DNA of 64,000 bases, from assembly GCA_964016885.1 (NCBI GenBank), contig OZ024756.1:37944001-38008000 (forward strand). The letters are read 5' to 3'. Shown piece after piece: positions 59,301 to 64,000 of the stretch; the first letter of the stretch is position 1, and the number at the start of each line of letters is the position of its first letter. Both the position numbers and the translations under genes were made by a program. The notes under the pieces were generated by a model that did no database searches, had not been told where the DNA came from, and saw nothing but the letters and a program-made list of their open reading frames with translations. The stretch comes from Eledone cirrhosa. Taxonomy: Eukaryota.

Positions 59301-59750
59301 CAGCGGTTCTCAATGTGGGTTCCACACAGGAGTGTCTGGGGTTCCATGAAAAAAGGTAGAAGAGTATATTTATATTACGACCATATAACGGCGCATGTGA
59401 AGGCGCATCGCTTAGTGGTTAGAGCATTCGGCTTGCAATCGAAAGGTTGTGAGTTCAGTTCTCGGACCGGGTGATGTGTTGTTTCCTTGAGCAAGACACT
59501 TTATTTCACGTTGCTCCAGTTTACTCAGCTGTAGAAATGAGATGATAGGACTGGGGTCCCTATCATAAAAATCACCCAAGACACCTTCTACGAGATAGAC
59601 CTTGGAGGAGGCCAGCTAAACCTGCATAGGTGTGAGCTGTCATACACATCTCGCATACACACACACATATAACGGTATTAGACTTTGGTGTCCTACAAAA
59701 GTTTCTGAACCAAAACGGGTTCCGCGTTTGAAAAGGTTTGGGAAACCTTA
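59301..59750. mobile_element. Possible hAT-type MITE with a nested SINE
   Basis: Starts CAGCGGTTCTCAA and ends AAAGGTTTGGGAAACC (hAT-like termini); no clean TSD seen. Confidence 0.4.
59398..59560 (+). mobile_element. tRNA-head SINE
   Basis: GCTTAGTGGTTAGAGC (A box), GAGTTCAGTTCTC (B-box-like), CCTTGAGCAAGACACTTTATTTCACGTTGCTCCAGT body. Confidence 0.75.
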
Positions 59751-60123
59751 GTCTATCAAGGAGCATGTTACCCAAATGTGGTAACAGTAATCATTTCAAG
59801 GACGAATGGTTGATCTCATTTCAAGGACGAATGGTTGATCTATAAAGATATAAGATATTTCTAGGCGTGAAAGATTTTCTGGCACGATGTGAGAACTAAC
59901 TTACTGGGCAGCAGACTTGGCAATCGATGTGATATAATTTTTACAGCTGAAATCATAGGAAATTGTCTGACGAAGAAGTGAGTATAAAGTTGGTCTCTGG
60001 GAGGATACGATCAACCATACTAATAGAAAGTAAAAGTGATTCTCTATGGTAATTAAAGTCTAACAGTTTAGTGTTAAATTCATTAACACTAAAGGGATAT
60101 TCAAGATCAGCTGACAAATCAAC

Positions 60124-60168
60124 TTCCTGATGATTTCTCTCGAATGAAACAGGTCTAGTCCTGTAGAA
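60124..60168 (+). ncRNA. Type I hammerhead (family C)
   Basis: TTC-CTGATGA-t-TTC-tctc-GAA-t-GAAA-CAGG-tctagt-CCTG-TA-GAA; the family C tail follows to 60253. Confidence 0.75.
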
Positions 60169-60252
60169 ATCATTTCTATATTAAATATTTATACTCTGCT
60201 ATGTATTGAGTACCTTCCTTACTGTGGTTACCCCCGATTGAACCCGGGATAA

Positions 60253-60291
<39 letters not shown>

Positions 60292-60292
60292 A

Positions 60293-60347
60293 TATCTGAA
60301 GATAGCGTACCGAAATAATGGTACCCTTGAAATATGTATAATAAAAT
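60293..60347 (+). ncRNA. Type I hammerhead (family F-like), stem I mostly lost at the (TA)n junction
   Basis: CTGAAGA-t.AG.GTACC/GGTAC.CT.t-GAAA-TATGTA-TA-ATAAAAT. Confidence 0.7.
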
Positions 60348-60390
60348 AAATATGGTTTTATAAAGATAATTTCCATTTATTAATATTATT

Positions 60391-60549
<159 letters not shown>

Positions 60550-60605
60550 TAATTACTTATATAAATATAATTTAATTACATATATAAATATATATAAATA
60601 ATTAT

Positions 60606-60757
60606 AACAGTGGCATAAAGAGGTACTTAAGTTTCGTTGGGTGCTGGACCCCCAGCGAAACTTAAGTAACTATTTAGTCACTGTTGAAATTATTTATACT
60701 AAACTCGTCCTATGGCCTGAGTGCTCTCTTAGCCTTGGATATTTCTACCAAACTTCT

Positions 60758-60763
<6 letters not shown>
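60606..60763 (+). mobile_element. Mini-element with stem II fold-back, hammerhead 3' half and GAGTGC tail
   Basis: TACTTAAGTTTCGTTGGG...CCCAGC-GAAA-CTTAAG-TA; CTGAGTGCTC at 60717. Confidence 0.7.
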
Positions 60764-60833
<70 letters not shown>

Positions 60834-61536
60834 TAGTTAGTTATTTGTGTGTGTGTACTTCTGTATTCTTATATTTTGCGTATGTGTGTCTGTATGTATA
60901 CGTGTTCCTCTATCATAAACTATCTGTCACATGTTACTGTCTTTATGTATATAGTTTTTGATACAATGACGTTTACACAATACAATTCTTGCTCACAATA
61001 CGAACAACAGGTGTCTGATAATATGATAAAATGAAATTCCTCCAATTTCTGATGAGTTTATTGTTTCAGTAAAAACCTTTTGTTTTATTGGACGCTATTT
61101 AGATGGTATGATCGCATCTCTCTGTCTTTCACTACAACTATACATGAAATGGCTGCTTCTCTTCCGGTATTTCTGTTAAATGCTTTTTATTTTACATTCT
61201 GCTTCCAAGTTTGATGCTCATCCTTATTCACTTTTACACACACACATACGTGGACACACACACACACCATTCAGCGAGAGGGAAATGTGTTAGTGACATC
61301 GAAGTTTCAGTTTATTGCTTCATTTTGCTGCTGCTGTTGATGTCTGCCGTTGACATATGGCTTTAATGGTTATTAGTTGTGGGTGGACGACTTTTTCTCT
61401 TTGTGTCTGGAAATAAAGAAGGAATGCTGATTTGTTTATTGAAAAAGTTATTTGTAATTAAATAGCTGTACCAGTGTGTCTTTGTGTCTTTGTATGTCTG
61501 TATGTGTGTGTGTATGTAAACGTGTGTGTGAGTGTG

Positions 61537-61593
<57 letters not shown>

Positions 61594-62017
61594 GTGTATA
61601 TATATATGTGTGTGTCTGTGTGTGTCATTTTGATTTGTAATTATTATAAACCAGACGTTTAAGTAAATGAGTAAACGAATAAATAAAAAAAGTATTGTTT
61701 ACAATTGGCAAGAATCTTATTTAGCAATGAATGGAATTATGTAAAGTAATGGTGAACTATATTCTGATATGTGTGTGTTCTTTTTATTATTTTGGCGGGA
61801 GGGTTAAAGTAAATTATAAAGTTTGATTGCGCAATGTTTGTATTCAATTACTTAATCCCAACGGACTTTGACCCCAACCATAAACCCTTGCTTTATTTCC
61901 TGTTGCCCAGTTTTATTTTTGACGGGGTGGGGATCAATAAATTTTGAAAGTGTTGTTTCTGTAATTATATTTATATAAAATTCAAAGCATGTGTTGAAGT
62001 ACAAAGTATTTATATAT

Positions 62018-62318
62018 TGCGATTCGTTCTCCGCCTTCAAACTTGTTGCTTCGATCCAAAACCCCGGGGCAGTGCCGCTCGTATCGCGGAGGAGAGGAAG
62101 ATAGCCAAATACCAGGAACTTGTCCGACCGTTTCATCTTTGTACCTATCACAATCGACACTTTTGGTTTCATCGTGACCCGAAGTAGCGTCTTTCCTCCG
62201 TAAAATTGAGAGGAGTTCTTGCTTGAGGACGGCGCCAAGTGAGGTGGTTTGGCTGATGCAACGGATACCATTACCCGTTCCCCGTGCCATTGTCTCTACC
62301 ATTTTGTCCGCGGCATGT
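62018..62318 (+). pseudogene. Frameshifted restriction-like endonuclease domain of a CRE-type non-LTR retrotransposon
   Basis: Stitched + frames read CDSFSA...PG / AARIAEERKIAKYQEL / DRFIFVPITIDTFG / PEVASFLRKI...WLMQRIPLPV.RA, matching the AA..AE..K..KY..L..F.FVP...ET.G...QRIS.A..RGN pattern. Confidence 0.7.
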
Positions 62319-63422
62319 GTGGCAGCTGAGATATACCACCCAGATTGGGGTATAGAGTCTACCATTCTATTTCCATTTCACTTACATTCGCTATATTGTT
62401 TTTTCTCTTTCTGTTTTATTTTTTTTATATTGCAAACATTATATAATCTAATTGTAATTTGTTGAATAAAATGTATTATCAAATGGTCTATATAAAGATA
62501 GTAAATAACCTTGTGGAGGCAACTGGGATTAAAGAATCGAGAGTGTATTGGTAGAAGTGGTGGTGGTAAGATATACTGAAGCGAAAACCAAACCAAACCA
62601 AACAGCGAGTGTGTTTTACTATATTTTTCTGACAATTGTAGAACACCATGTCCCTCTTCAAATATAACAATAATTTATAGAATTGTAAGTTAAGGGAATT
62701 GTAGACCAGTGTAGCGAAGTACAAGTCATTCAGATCATCTATGTGTAGTGAAATACAGGGACATACACAAAGTTATACATACATCCAAACTGATATATAC
62801 GTACCGTCAACGTCAAGTCCTTGCAAAGACACAATAACCCTATATACGAATACATACATAACATACACTGATTCATATTGGCAGATTCGACTATAACCGC
62901 ACACACACACACACACATACACACGCACACACATACGGATGCACGCTCCTGCTTACGAGACAAGTATACAGGGGCATGTACATAGATATATTCAAGGATT
63001 ACACATATACTAACACAATCAAAAGCAAGCATACGTGCACACATACATTCTATGCATTCCCAGATATATACATAGACAGATACATGCATACAAACATATA
63101 CATTAAAAATATAGCAACGGAAGGGTTAAAATTGTTTATATATAATAACCTTGCATCATAATTTTACGTAAGAATATTTGTTATGTTCCAAACACCAACT
63201 TAATAGCGAGGAAGTTAGTTATATTACTGAATCCGCCCAAATTCCTGATTATTTTCAAAATGATTTAAAAACTATAGACAGTGTATTTCATTAGAAATAT
63301 GGCAACAAAAGGGTTAAAGCCAGACAGAAAGACAAATGGCGATTGTTAGAAATGTATTCTCTACGCATGCGCCAAAAAGAAAGCATAATTTCCTAAAGAC
63401 ATTTGAATTGAAGCGTTTTTTT

Positions 63423-63466
<44 letters not shown>

Positions 63467-63637
63467 TATTATTTTTTTTTTTTTTCAGAATGTCATTTAT
63501 TTTCATTTTTATTTGAATGGATTATAAATTTTGTCTTAAAATGTAATCTAGTCAGAGGGATAAATTTAATGTCCTCTCATAGAAATTCAATTTAGCTTCA
63601 ATATAATTATCATCATCATCATTATTATTATTATTAT

Positions 63638-63718
63638 ACGGCACAGGACCACATCGTACCGTCCTGTGCCGTCTGTAATGTTTTTCTTGATGTCAGCCCT
63701 TGTGGCCAATAAAGAAAT
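63638..63718 (+). mobile_element. Retroelement 3' stub with 12-bp fold-back, in (ATT)n
   Basis: ACGGCACAGGAC/GTCCTGTGCCGT hairpin, then CAGCCCTTGTGGCCAATAAAGAAAT and (ATT)n. Confidence 0.55.
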
Positions 63719-63723
63719 CATTA

Positions 63724-63766
<43 letters not shown>

Positions 63767-64000
63767 CTTTTATCTTCCCTCTGCAAGTTTGAGCTCTAAA
63801 ATTTGTCTCACACCTTTTCTTTCTTTCCCTTTCCTTCCCGTTTCAACCTTCCTCTCGCCAACCGTTTCTCATCCTCATCAAACTCCTCATCTTTGACTCA
63901 CTTTATCTCCTGCTCACTTTTCCTTCTCTCTCGTTCACGACTCTCTTTCTTTCTCTTTTGCTCAAATCTTTCCTCTCCTTAGTTTTTTTCTTTCTCTCTC

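Noticed and set aside
61852-62365. Minus-strand 127 and 139 aa ORFs as a host gene
   Set aside because: They are antisense to a recognisable frameshifted RLE domain on the plus strand.

Overview
Very AT-rich, microsatellite-dominated eukaryotic non-coding DNA. The repeat landscape (tRNA-head SINEs, Nin/Deu-domain SINEs, RTE and CR1 LINE debris, long (TA)n and (CATA)n runs) is what I associate with octopod cephalopod genomes; that assignment is inference. I find no supportable host protein-coding gene. Almost all ORFs in the track are translations of simple repeats, and the rest are decayed retroelement fragments (RTE, CR1, an RNase H-bearing LINE, a CRE-like RLE endonuclease, a Penelope-type GIY-YIG tail). 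The main hidden structure lies in the short 100-400 bp islands between (TA)n runs. They belong to more than ten unrelated families with one shared architecture: a type I hammerhead ribozyme (about 20 motifs with both core halves could be folded by eye, mostly with a palindromic stem III), often an AATAAA, then a 3' tail carrying a shared (T/C)(T/C/A)GAG(T/C)NC motif, and frequently a fold-back inverted duplication that turns at the ribozyme's stem II or core. This resembles a dense set of Penelope-like-element-derived, (TA)n-associated, ribozyme-bearing mini-elements. They include non-canonical cores: a compensatory U3-A8 pair, A4, and a U.U closure of stem II. All folds and coordinates were derived by eye; activity is untested.
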